From Octopus bimaculoides (lineage: Eukaryota), in the NCBI RefSeq assembly GCF_001194135.2, contig NC_068993.1, positions 28,391,864 through 28,437,822 of the forward strand: DNA of 45,959 nucleotides, given 5' to 3'. A program made the position numbers and the translations under genes. Shown here piece after piece: positions 24,750-35,735 of the stretch. Numbering within the stretch: position 1 is the first letter of the stretch; every line of letters begins with the position of its first letter. The notes under the pieces are model-generated. The model had not been told where the DNA came from and did not search any database. It was given only the letters and a program-made list of their open reading frames with translations.

Positions 24750-25280
24750 CCTAGAAATAATGTGAAGATAAAAGATATGAGAACATTTTGTTGGAAGAAT
24801 TTCTAGAACTTAGTAGCATGCTAATAAGGAGAAGAGTGTTGCTGAAACTAAAAGGAAAGATGTATACTGCATGTGAGAGAGGTGCTATGATTTATGGGTT
24901 TGAGATGTGGGCAATTAACACAGAGCAGTAGAAAGCTTGAAATAACAAAAATGAGAATGGTTTCATGGAAAAAAACAGAATATTGTTGAAAGAAGTCAAA
25001 TTAATTCATTGTAGAGAATGATAGGAATAAAGCCAAGTATGGATATTATGAAAAGAAATGCAATAAGGAGGTTGGGTCACATGCTGAGGAAGGATGAAAA
25101 TGACTGGGTGAGAGGAGTAATGGAAATGAATGTAGAAGGAAGTTAGAGGAAGAGAAAAACTGAGAAAAGCATGATTAAAAATGAGGATGAAACAAGGGTC
25201 TTAGTAAAGTGAAATGTAATGGACAGGACGAAATGGAGAAGACTAGCCACAAAGCTAACCTGCTTTGGAAGGGAAAATAG
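24750..25280 (+). mobile_element. RTE LINE 3' fragment
   Basis: WKNFLELSSML...LKLKGKMYTACERGAMIYGFEMWA; LGHMLRKDENDWVRGVMEMNVEG. Confidence 0.8.
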
Positions 25281-25459
25281 CCTTAAGACCCTTGTCCTGT
25301 CACTTTTGTATTTAGTTCCAGCCCTTTACATGTCCATGTTCTGTCAAGGTCAGCTCTGTCTTTCATTGTTTCAGGATCAATAAAGTACAAATATATGGGT
25401 TAGTTTAATCAAATATACTTATTTTCAGACTTTGAGGCCTTGCTTTGTTAGAAATTAAC

Positions 25460-25825
25460 AGGAGTGGCTGTGTGGTAAGTAGCTTGCTTACGAACCACAT
25501 TGTTCTGGGTTCAGTCCCACTATGTGACACCTTGGGCAAGTGCCTTCTAGTATAGCCTCAGGCTGACCAAAGCCTTGTGAGTGGATCTGGTAGGCAGAAA
25601 CTGAAAGAAGCCCATCGTATATATGTATGTGTTTGTATATGTTTGTGTGTCTGTGTTTGTCCCCCCAACATTGCTTGACAATTGATGCTGATGTGTTTAC
25701 ATCCCTGTAAATTAGCGGTTCGGCAAAAGACACTGATAGAATAAGTACTAGGCTTACAAAGAATAAGTCCTGGTGTCGATTTGCTTGACTAAAGGCGGTG
25801 CTCCAGCATGGCCACAGTAAAAGAG
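25460..25825 (+). mobile_element. SINE family A, full length
   Basis: Head aggagtggctgtgtggtaag, B box gggttcagtccc, both halves present. Confidence 0.9.
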
Positions 25826-25981
25826 TCTATATTATAAAATGTTTCTACTGTTTTATCCAAACTGTTTCAATACCAAAAGAATAAAAATATTAAAGAACAA
25901 CGGACAAGAATACTTTCTTCTAAATTATTTATTTCATTTACTAATTTAATTATATTGCCTGTTTGACTTATCAGTCTGTAG

Positions 25982-26031
25982 CTGTCCTGATTCATGCCTT
26001 CATTGTTATAGCCAATTATGTTCCTGATTAG
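25982..26031 (+). CDS. Candidate terminal coding exon (VLIHAFIVIANYVPD*)
   Basis: Branch-like TACTAAT at ~25939, acceptor tcagtctgtag, phase 1 entry, followed by ~260 bp of unique AT-rich UTR-like sequence. Confidence 0.28.
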
Positions 26032-26301
26032 TACTTGACCAGAAAGATGAAGTCAAATTGTACTGTGTTTTCTTTTCTAAATGCTAACAATCAATATATT
26101 CACAATATTTTGTGAGGAATATATAAAGATCTATATAGTGAATGATCTACATTCTATCATTTATTGCCAGATGAGCCTAAATGTAAAATTCAGTATTGTA
26201 CTAGAGGAGTTTCAATTACATTTTATATCATTCTATGACTTATACTGAGTACTTTTAAGTACTTTTTAAAGTATGTTTTTATGCATTGACATGCATACTG
26301 A

Positions 26302-26656
26302 GGCGATCTTTCATTTTGACTTGAAAAAATGTAAACAATGAATTTGGTGGTTTCCTTGTTCACATGTTGTCTTGTCAACTGTCAGTTGGGAAGAGAAAGT
26401 TAATGGGTTGTGCATGCATGCTTATTCTTGTTTGTGTGCATGCTTATTCCTTTGAGTGTGTGTCTGTGTGTGTGTATGTGTGTGTGCGTGTGCTTGTTCC
26501 TCTGTGTGTGTGTGTGTGTGCTTGTTCTTGTTTGTCCATGTGTGTGTGTGTGTGCTTGTTCCTCTGTGTATGTGTATGTCTGTTCTGTTTTTATGTATTT
26601 ATATGTTGTGGAATGTAGAAATAACACAAAGAGGAACAAACATGCACACACACACA

Positions 26657-26731
<75 letters not shown>

Positions 26732-26857
26732 GAATAAGCACACACACACAACCCATTAGCTTTCTCTTCTCAACTGACAATTGACAAGACAACATGTGGT
26801 CACGGAAACCACCGAATTCATTGTTTACATTTTTTCGAGTCAAAACGAAAAATCGCC
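26302..26857. repeat. Fold-back: ~130-bp inverted arms plus (TG)n/(CA)n
   Basis: 26302-26445 is the reverse complement of ~26728-26857 with scattered mismatches. Confidence 0.9.
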
Positions 26858-26899
26858 CATACTTATTCTCTTTGTCTCTCCAACTATGCAAACCTAACC

Positions 26900-27622
26900 T
26901 GTCCGTTGACTAAGTTGAGGCCCAAATATTCTCACTGTAGAGAACGACTGTGCGAACCAAAGGAGATGGCGATGAGACGGAAGAGGCTCCTTTTAACGCA
27001 TCGCACGATCGCCACAAAACATGTAATGTAACATAAGAGGGCTCGCATGTGAGATGCGAGGAAGTACCAGCAAGGAAAGAGATAAGCGTCCTGAACAAAG
27101 AGATAGTGAAATACCAGTTCATAGTCTGTAACACAGTAGAAGGAGTGTCTCTACCTAAGAGGTTGTGGCCGAATAGCAGAGCTTAAGTGTCACATGCCGT
27201 GTGTGAAGTTGAGCTTCGATGCTGCGACCGGTTACTTGGTACAGAGGATTCTCGCAGGTTGTTCTGGCTGTTATTTTCGTGGTGGAGACAATTCACCAGT
27301 GTGTACTCTGGTGGCGTCATGTTGACGTTGTCGCTGGAAACTGGCTGGAGCTGTGTTCTGTGTAGTCTACGACCAGACCTGAAAAGGTCTGAGGTCGCGA
27401 CCCACTGGTGTGGATGAAACAGGGCTTCTTATAGGTAAAAAGGGGCTCCAGAAACAGCAGAAAAACACTCTCTCACGTGACCTTATCAGAAGGCCACGAT
27501 TGGTTGATGTTTAGCTTGGCGTGAAACAGAACTGGAGACAAAAGCCGCGCAAATAAGAGCCAATCAGGGTGATGGACACAGCAGGGTCCAAATGGGCCGA
27601 AGGCTAGATGTTAGCCGCTACG
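26900..27622 (-). mobile_element. CpG-rich LTR-like insertion (possible solo LTR or LTR plus leader)
   Basis: Minus-strand start cgtagcggctaac (TGTAG-like), TATA-like cctataagaag, CCAAT boxes; other end and TSD not resolved. Confidence 0.4.
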
Positions 27623-27644
27623 TTCGCATTTGTAAATAAATACC

Positions 27645-27988
27645 CAATTCACTGGTCCCACTCCCGGGTTATACGGTCATTATATTGATGACTGTATTGG
27701 CACAACCTCCCTCTCCCGCAAACAACTGGACTCCTTCCTTTCCTTTGTGCAATCCTTCCATCCTGCCCTGTACTCTTTTACTTGTTTCAGTCATTTGACT
27801 GTGGCCATGCTGAAGTACCGCCTTTAGTCAAGCAAATCAACACCAGGACTTATTCTTTGAAAGTACTTATTCTATCGATCTCTTTTGCTGAACTGCTAGG
27901 TTGTGGGGATGTAAACACACNNNNNNNNNNNNNNNNNNNNNNNNNNNNNNNNNNNNNNNNNNNNNNNNNNNNNNNNNNNNNNNNNNNN

Positions 27989-28025
<37 letters not shown>

Positions 28026-29940
28026 CAACAGGCTTCTTTCCGTTTCCATCTACCAAATCCACTCACAAGGCTTTGGTCAGCCTGAGGCTATAGTAGAAGA
28101 CACTTGTCCAAGGTGTCACGCAGCTGGATTGAACTCGGAACCATGTGGTGCATAAGCAAGCTACTTACCATACAGCCACTCCTACGCCTATCTCTAACTC
28201 TTCTGTCAAATTCCTCAACATTTCTGTCAGCATACACCACTCCGCTCTCACTACCTCCATCCACTATAAACACACTGACTCACACGCCTACCTTAACTTC
28301 TCCTCCTCCAACCCTACCCACACCAAGCTCTCCATCCCCTACTCCTAATTCCTCCATTTACACAGGCTCTTCAGTGACGATCATGACTTAGAGACTCAGT
28401 CTCAACTTGTGGCTCGTCACTTCATCCTACATGGATATCCCCTCCCCATTATTCACACTGCTCTTGCCTAGGTACGATCTGTGAACCATACCTCTACTCT
28501 TACTCTTTGCACCTGCTTTACCCTTACCCATCTCTTGTTTCTCCTCACCACTTCCACCCTACCCTTCTAACACCATTTTCCGAGCCTTCCGGCAACTCCA
28601 ATCCAACCCTTTCACCTACTCCTTCCCTCCTTCAAATGAGCCCATAACCTGCATGACCTCCTGGTCCACAGTTTCTTCCCTACCCCTGCCCCTACCTCTC
28701 CAAAACCACCATCCTCACAGGCACCTATCACTGTCCCTATCACATCACTGACTCTTTTACCTGCATCTCCAGTAATGTTATTTACTGCATCTCTTCCTCT
28801 CTTTATGCTTCCCTGTACATCGGTCAAATGGGATGCCACTTGGCTGACCGGTTTGTGGAGCACTTCCAAGACATCAGACTCAGCAATGATACCCTGGTCT
28901 CATGCCACTTCCACTCTACTGGTCATTTGCTACATCTGTCTGTGTTCGGACTGTCTCTGCACAGGGCCCACCCAAACTCCAACCATTGCTGTGAACAGGA
29001 ATTAATCTTCTCTCTTCATTCCTTTGCACCACATGGATTCAACTCATTTCTCTTCATCTGACACCAATCCCACACAGATTTTCCCACACCTCCCACATTC
29101 AACTTGCCCCTCCACCCATACACCTGCATACTGCCTACCTCAGTACCCTCACCATACACACACCACTGTTCAACTTAGCACTCATTCACACACCGTTACA
29201 CACACACTCACAACACCTTTCCACTCTTCACACACTAGCACTAGTCACTTCTCAGCACCCACACCACACATCATTATCCACACACAATCTTCAATAGGGT
29301 CACCACACATACAGCTATATGAGCAGCCACACACACTGTTTAACTCAGTACTGTTTAACACACACTGTTTAACACACCATCACTTCCACTCCCACACAAG
29401 CATATAATACCTGAACACAGACAATACATACACACACACACACACAACATGCATAGACAAAGATAACTTTCACCCACAAACATACATGCACATTATTTGG
29501 TCACACACACATACACAACTGCACATGTGCACACACCACCCGAACAAGCACACATCAACTGCTACACACAGCACACATACACACATTATACACACTCACA
29601 CATGTTAGACTCACTGGCCCTCATTCACACCCACACATTCACACATACCATTCTCACATACACGCACACGCTTGTGCAACTTAGTTCATTGGGGTCACCA
29701 TTACTGTTTTTATTATCTCCCTTTCATTTAACTTTTTTTTTCCCAGTCATCTCACCATGTTGGACTGCTGAACTCTACACAGTTTTTCTCTCTCTGTTTA
29801 TTTTTCATTCTCTCTCCATTTTTTCTTCTTAATCTTTTCTGTCGAAGAGCGTAGGCTCAAAGTGTAACAGACTTTTCCAGTTTTCTAAAGCATTAAACTA
29901 ATATACCTTCTTTTTGTTTCTACACCTGTATTCGTCTTTT
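27645..29940 (+). mobile_element. Penelope-like element, 5'-truncated (RT C-terminal half, GIY-YIG endonuclease, CA-rich tail), split by a SINE
   Basis: LYGHYIDDCIG; FLNISVSIH...IHYKHTDSHAYLNFSSSNPTHTKLSIPYS; NVIYCIS...LYIGQMG..LADRFVEH...VSCHF...EQELIFSLHSFAPHGFN. Confidence 0.9.
27774..28188 (-). mobile_element. SINE family A inserted in the Penelope RT
   Basis: Reverse-complement head cctacgcc at 28181-28188; both halves present around an N-gap. Confidence 0.9.
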
Positions 29941-30076
29941 GTATTCTGTAAATTTGAACTAAATGGTCTTGTTTTCAGCTTGATAAATGGCTGAATAATT
30001 ATTACTTTGATCAGGAAACACTGGGGAGCTGTATTTACAAGACTGTGTCTTTTTTTTATATTTTAAGATAATATAC

Positions 30077-30111
<35 letters not shown>

Positions 30112-30305
30112 AAACAAATAGTGAGGGATTATCAAACCAAGCAAAATACTTTATAAGCTCTCTGTTGGCACACCAGGCTAACAATAATAGTTAGGTTAGT
30201 GAAAAACTCCAAGTAATCTTTTGGTAGGGTTCCAAGTAATGGTTCATCACGATTCTATATTGTAAATCCTTGGACGGGCTCCAGATGAACTGGTTTTTAC
30301 AGTGA

Positions 30306-30702
30306 TATATAAGAAACAAGTAAAAGATAACAGTCATTACATATTATTCCTTTATTAGAGCAAATTTGGCTTACAGTTGTTTCCAGTAGTCATTATAGGT
30401 ACATTACTGATAGGTTTACTCAATTAGTTTATTCATCAATTGAGGTAAATTGAACGACCCAAGAAAATTAATGCTACTTTTGACAGAGCCATTTCTTGAA
30501 AAAAATTTTTCCAGAAATAGCTCTGATGAAAATAGTATTAATTTTCTTAGGTTGTTCAATTTACCTCAATTGATCAATAGACCAATTGAGTAAACCTATC
30601 GGCAATAATGTACCTATGATGACTACTGGAAACAGCTGCAAGCCAAATTTGATCTAATAAATGGATTATATGTAATGATCTTTATTCTTAACTTGTTTCT
30701 TT

Positions 30703-30708
<6 letters not shown>
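30306..30708. mobile_element. Palindromic (fold-back) MITE-like element, ~200-bp arms, almost no spacer
   Basis: Arms are reverse complements around aaaaattttt (30501-30510); TA-rich ends. Confidence 0.8.
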
Positions 30709-30739
<31 letters not shown>

Positions 30740-30761
30740 ATGTGTGTGTGTGTATATAATC

Positions 30762-31178
30762 ATCATCATCGTTTAACGTCCGCCTTCCATGCTAGCATGG
30801 GTTGGACGATTTGACCAAGGACTGGCAAACTAGAAGGCTGCACCAGGGTCCAATCTGATCTGGCAGAGTTTCTACAGCTGGATGCCCTTCCTAATGCCAA
30901 CCACTCCGAGAGTGTAGTGGGTGCTTTTACGTGCCACCGGCACGAGGGCCAGTCAGGCGATATTGGCAACAGCCACGCTCAAAATGGTGTTTTTTATGTG
31001 CCACCTGCACAGGAGCCAGTCCAGCAGCACTGGCAATGACCTCACTCGAATGTTTTTTCACATACCACCGGCACAAGTGCCAGTAAAGCAATGCTGGTAA
31101 AATCATGCTCAAATGGTGCTATTTATGTGCCACTGGCATGGAAGCCAGACATCTGCTCTGGCAATGATCGCACTCGGT
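30762..31178 (-). mobile_element. SINE-like family C with internal array of ~60-bp units
   Basis: catcatcatcgtttaacgtcc tail; four diverged tttta(c/t)gtgccacc(g)gcac...ctggcaa(c/t)ga units. Confidence 0.75.
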
Positions 31179-31184
31179 TAACTA

Positions 31185-31445
31185 TATGGGTGACTAGGCT
31201 ATAGCCGACACTACCAGATATTTTGAGCATCTCTGCAGTGATTCCTGACAGGCCGGGGGCTTTCCCTGTTTTCATACTGTTAATTGCTCTATTTACCATG
31301 GTATTGTCAACTCAGATAGCTGGTCCCTCTGTTGGGTCGACATTCAGCAGACTCTCTTTCTCCCATTCATTCTTTTTATTGAGCAACCTTTCATAGTGGC
31401 GTTTCCAAACCTCTCTCTTTGCAGCCTCGTTTAGTGCAAGTGGAC
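31185..31445 (-). mobile_element. RTE LINE fragment (EN-RT linker)
   Basis: AKREVWKRHYERLL...AINSMKTGKAPGLSGITAEMLKISGSVGYSLVTHIV. Confidence 0.85.
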
Positions 31446-31544
31446 CATCATCCATACATACATATACATACATATATGCATACATATATACACACATACA
31501 TGTGTGTGTGTATCATATACCCTGTGTAAGCTATGGATACACAA

Positions 31545-31905
31545 GAGGTGCAATGGAATAATATGAAGGTCATCAGAGAAAGTAGTCTTTGTACATGGAA
31601 GGTGCATAGGAGCCATAAAAACTATAGAGACTTAGGAAATTGATTTTCTCAAATGCCCTGGAGTTTCTTTAGAGGTAGTGAATAATTTCTGTAATCTAGG
31701 GAACCAAATTAGCAATGGGAGTGGAAGCATGGAAAGTGTAATTGCTACAATACGAATAGGATGGAGAAAATTCAGAGAACTTTTACCTTTGTTAGCAATG
31801 AAATGTCTCTTCTTCTGAGTGGAAGAAAGGCTGTATAATGCATGTTTATGAATAGCAATGCTACATGGTAGTAAGACATGGGACCTGGAATGCAGAGGAT
31901 AAACA
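31545..31905 (+). mobile_element. RTE LINE fragment (post-RT region)
   Basis: LWIHKRC...LEVVNNFCNLGNQIS...IRIGWRKFRELLPLL...AMLHGSKTW. Confidence 0.85.
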
Positions 31906-31985
31906 AAGACCATTTCCAAGTAAATATATGTATATATATCTTCTATATATATATATATCTTCTATATATATATATATAAAAGAGT

Positions 31986-32374
31986 GTGGAGGCGCAGTGG
32001 CCCAGTGGTTAGGGCAGCGGACTCGCAGTCATAGGATCGCGGTTTCGATTCCCAGACCGGGCGTTGTGAGTGTTTATTGAGCGAAAACACCTAAAGCTCC
32101 ATGAGGCTCCGGCAGGGTATGGTGGCGAACCATGCTGTACTCTTCCACCACAACTTTCTCTCACTCTTACTTCCTGTTTCTGTTGTGCCTGTAATTCAAA
32201 GGGTCAGCCTTCTCACACTGTGTCACGCTGAATATCCCCGAGAACTACGTTAAGGGTACACGTGTCTGTGGAGTGCTCAGCCACTTGCATGTTAATTTCA
32301 CGAGCAGGCTGTTCCGTTGATCGGAGCAACTGGAACCCTTGACGTCGTAAGCGATGGAGTGCCAACAACAACAA
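31986..32374 (+). mobile_element. SINE family D, full length, ~11-bp TSD
   Basis: A box tggcccagtgg, B box ggtttcgattcc, (CAA)n tail; ATATAAAAGAG on both sides. Confidence 0.9.
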
Positions 32375-32779
32375 TATAAAAGAGAGATTCTGTCTGTTTG
32401 TCCCACAAAGTGAAACTAAAACCAGATGCCATCTCTCTGATTTTCTTTCTTCTCTATCTGTCTATTTCCCTCTCTTTCTTTCTCTCACTAAAAGAATACA
32501 CACACACACATCAAACATTACATTTCTCTATCAAATTACCAAAGCGAAAATAAAAGAACATGCACACACATGTATATATATTCATGTTTCAGTTATTTAA
32601 TACCATGAGTATCCTCTCTTTCTGTCTCTCTCTATTTCTCTTTCTGTCTCTCTCTCTCTCTCTTTCTCTATCTGTTTACTTTCCCTCTCTTTCTCTCTCT
32701 CTTCCTGTCTCTTTCTCTATTTCCATCTCTGGAACAACAATTGGCAGATTATATACTGTACATCCTAACCAAAATTAAT

Positions 32780-34757
32780 ACTTTCATCTTAGAATGCTTC
32801 TTCATGTAAAAAGACAACCAGCTTCATGGGAAAGTTTGAAACAAGTTGATGGTGAGATTTGCAGAACATATCAAGAAGCTTATTTGAAGTTAGGTTTGCT
32901 TGCAAAGGATCAGCAATGGGAAGCTACATTAGAAGCTTCAATATCAAAAACATCTAAGACTTTAAGATGTCTTTTTGCTATTATTCTCAAAGATTGTGAA
33001 GTAATCCTGTTCAACCGTGGAATATGTTCAGAAATAATCTTGCTGAACATTTCAAGCATCAACCTCAGTTTAATAATTCTGAGCAAGATATTGGTTTCAC
33101 TGATGCTATATACAATGCAGCTTTGATTGAAATAGAAGATTAAATTATTTCCATGGGAGGTGAACCTATACAAAATTTAGGTTTCCCACTAACTAATAGA
33201 GGGGATCTTAACACTCTATCTACTGAAATAATGAGAGAAATTTCCTACAATAAGGATGAACTGACCATGTACATAAATGATAATCTTCCCCAGCTTCTAC
33301 CTGATCAATGTCATGCATATTCCACTGTCATAAAAAGTATTAACAATAACACAGGAGGACTTTATTTCTTAGATGCTCCAGGAGCATCTAAGAAATAAAG
33401 TCTTAGAGCATCTAAGGCGGTGAGCTGGCAGAAACGTTAGCATGCTGGGCGAAATGCTTAGTGGTATTTCGTCTGCCACTACATTCTGAGTTCAAATTCA
33501 ACCGAGGTCAACTTTGCCTTTCATCCTTTCAGGGTTGATAAATAAAGTACCAGTTATGCACTGGGGTCGATGTAATCGACTTAATTCCTTTGTTTGTCCC
33601 CTCTATGTTTAGCCCCTTGTGGGCAATAAAGAAATAAGATGCTCCAGGAGGTACTGGGAAAACATTTGTAATTAAACTCCTCCTAGCTAAAGTTCGTCAA
33701 GAAAATAAAATAGCTTTAGATACTGCTACTTCTGGGATTGCAGCAACATTACTACTTGGAGGTTGGACTCACCATTCAACATTCAAGTTACCTTTAGATT
33801 TATGTTACAAACAAGATCCAGTTTGTAATATATCTAAAAATTTTGCAATGGGTAAACTGATACAAAGATGTCACTTTATTGTCTGGGACGAATGTACCAT
33901 GGCCCACAAAAAAGCTTTTCAAGTTGTTGACAGAACATTACGAGGCATTAGAAATTGCAATTCCATGATGAGAAATGTCACAGTATTACTGTTAGAAGAC
34001 TTCTGACAAACACTACCAAGAGGAATAAAAGTGGATGAGATCAATGCTTCAATAAAGTCTTCTGTATTATGGCATCATGTGAAAACACTTCAACTTTCAA
34101 CAAATATGAGATCAAGGCTTTCAAGACATCAATCAGCTGAACTATTTGCAGAGCAGCTTTTGAAACTCAGTGAAGGGAGACTTCCAATTGATGAAGAACA
34201 GTTTCTTGAACTCAATCCAATATGTAATTCAACTCATTCCATTGATGATTTGATGGGTGAAATCTTTCCTAATCTTCTTCGTAATTACAACAATACAGAT
34301 TGGATCTGCAAGCGAGCTATCTTGGCTCCAGAAAATGTTGCAGTACATAGTATTAATAATATGTTATTGAATAAACTTCCAGGAGAAGTATTCACTTATA
34401 ATTCAATTGACAATGTTGTTGATGATCAGGATAGTGTCAACTACTCCATTGAATTCTTTAACTCACTACAACCACCAGGTTGTCTTTAGTTGAAAAAAGA
34501 GACTTCTATTACACTATTACATATTTTGTTTCAACCAAAATTACGCAATGGTACAAGATAAATTGTGCACAAACTTCATTGGCCCAAACATTCTCACAAA
34601 GGCTTTGGAGTGCCTTTTGCGAGCTTTGTGCCAAGTCTCTAGTCAGAGGATAACTTCCTTCCACCAGTCACTGAAAGGAGCCTTCCTCTTCTGACTAAGC
34701 CACATGTAGAAACACACACATGCATGCATGCACACATGCACACGCACACACACACAC

Positions 34758-34796
<39 letters not shown>

Positions 34797-34860
34797 GAAG
34801 AAACTTACTTGTACCTCGAAATAAAACAAAAAACTTCATTTGCCATTACTATCATTACAT
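32780..34860 (+). mobile_element. Helitron RepHel C-terminal part (PIF1-like helicase), degenerate
   Basis: TYQEAYLKLGLL..DQQW; LYFLDAPG|GTGKTF (Walker A); ATSGIAATLLLGG..HSTFKLP; IVWDECTM; TNMRS; RAILAP; LRNGTR; NKTKN. Confidence 0.92.
33416..33636 (+). mobile_element. SINE family B inserted in the Helitron Walker A motif, 14-bp TSD
   Basis: AGATGCTCCAGGAG at 33371-33384 and 33637-33650. Confidence 0.92.
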
Positions 34861-34899
34861 TCAAAAATGAGTAAATTACCTATTTCAATGAACTGTATT

Positions 34900-35180
34900 A
34901 TACAATTGTCATTACTGTATTGATAAATAAAATAACACATATATCTCATTATTATCATGTAATAAACAAACAGAACTTCATGTATAAAAATGATCTTTTT
35001 TCTACTTCAATTATTACATGTTTTTTTCTTATAAAAATATCGTATCATTGCCATTACTGTATAGATAAATAAAATAACAAATGCAACTCATTTATTACTG
35101 TCATATCATAAACAACACAAGTATGATATTGATCTTTCTTCTACTTCAATTATTACATGGTTTTCTCTTCTAAAAATACA
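34900..35180 (+). repeat. Diverged tandem duplication of a ~140-bp AT-rich unit
   Basis: ttg(t/c)cattactgtat.gataaataaaataaca...gatcttt..tctacttcaattattacatg occurs twice. Confidence 0.8.
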
Positions 35181-35296
35181 CACATACAGTAGGAGCAAAT
35201 TATAAGTATAATAATGCTTTCAATGTGGCTCTTGATAAACAGTAAAAGTAATTACTTGATCAACGATGGGTTTTACTGCAAGTATACATATATATA

Positions 35297-35735
35297 GGCG
35301 TAGGAGTGGCTATGCGGTAAGTAGCTTGCTTACTAACCACATAGTTCCGGGTTCATTCCCACTGCGTGGCACCTTGGGCAAGTGTCTTCTACTATAGCCT
35401 CGAGCTGACCAAAAGCTTTGTGAGTGGATTTGGTAGACGGAAACTGAAAGAAGCCTGTTGTATATATGTATATATATATATATGAATGCATGTATGTGTG
35501 TGTGTTTGTGTGTCTGTATTTGTCCCCCCAACACTGCTTGACAACCGATGCTGGTGTGTTTACGTCCCCGTAACTTAGCGATTCGGCAAAAGACACTGAT
35601 AGAATAAGTACTAGGTTTACAAAGAATAAGTCCTGGGGTTGATTTGCTTGACTAAAGGCGGTGCTCCAGCATGGCTGCAGTCAATTGACTGAAACAAGTA
35701 AAAGAGAAAGAGAGAGAGAAAGAGTAAAAGAGATA
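35297..35735 (+). mobile_element. SINE family A, full length
   Basis: ggcgtaggagtggc head, gggttcattccc B box, both halves. Confidence 0.9.

Noticed and set aside
26364-26891. ORFs rich in CV/TH/YI dipeptides and ORFs crossing N runs (also 1-276, 14536-14833, 15693-16226, 21542-22259, 29024-29832)
   Set aside because: Translation of microsatellites, low-complexity tails or gaps
30605-30650. atgatga-ctactg-gaaacagctgca as a hammerhead within the palindrome
   Set aside because: C3 absent in both arms, no real stem II and no stem I pairing
31986-32060. tRNA genes at SINE heads (also 35297, 33416, 42440)
   Set aside because: A and B boxes are present but continue into SINE bodies with tails and TSDs; no complete acceptor stem seen
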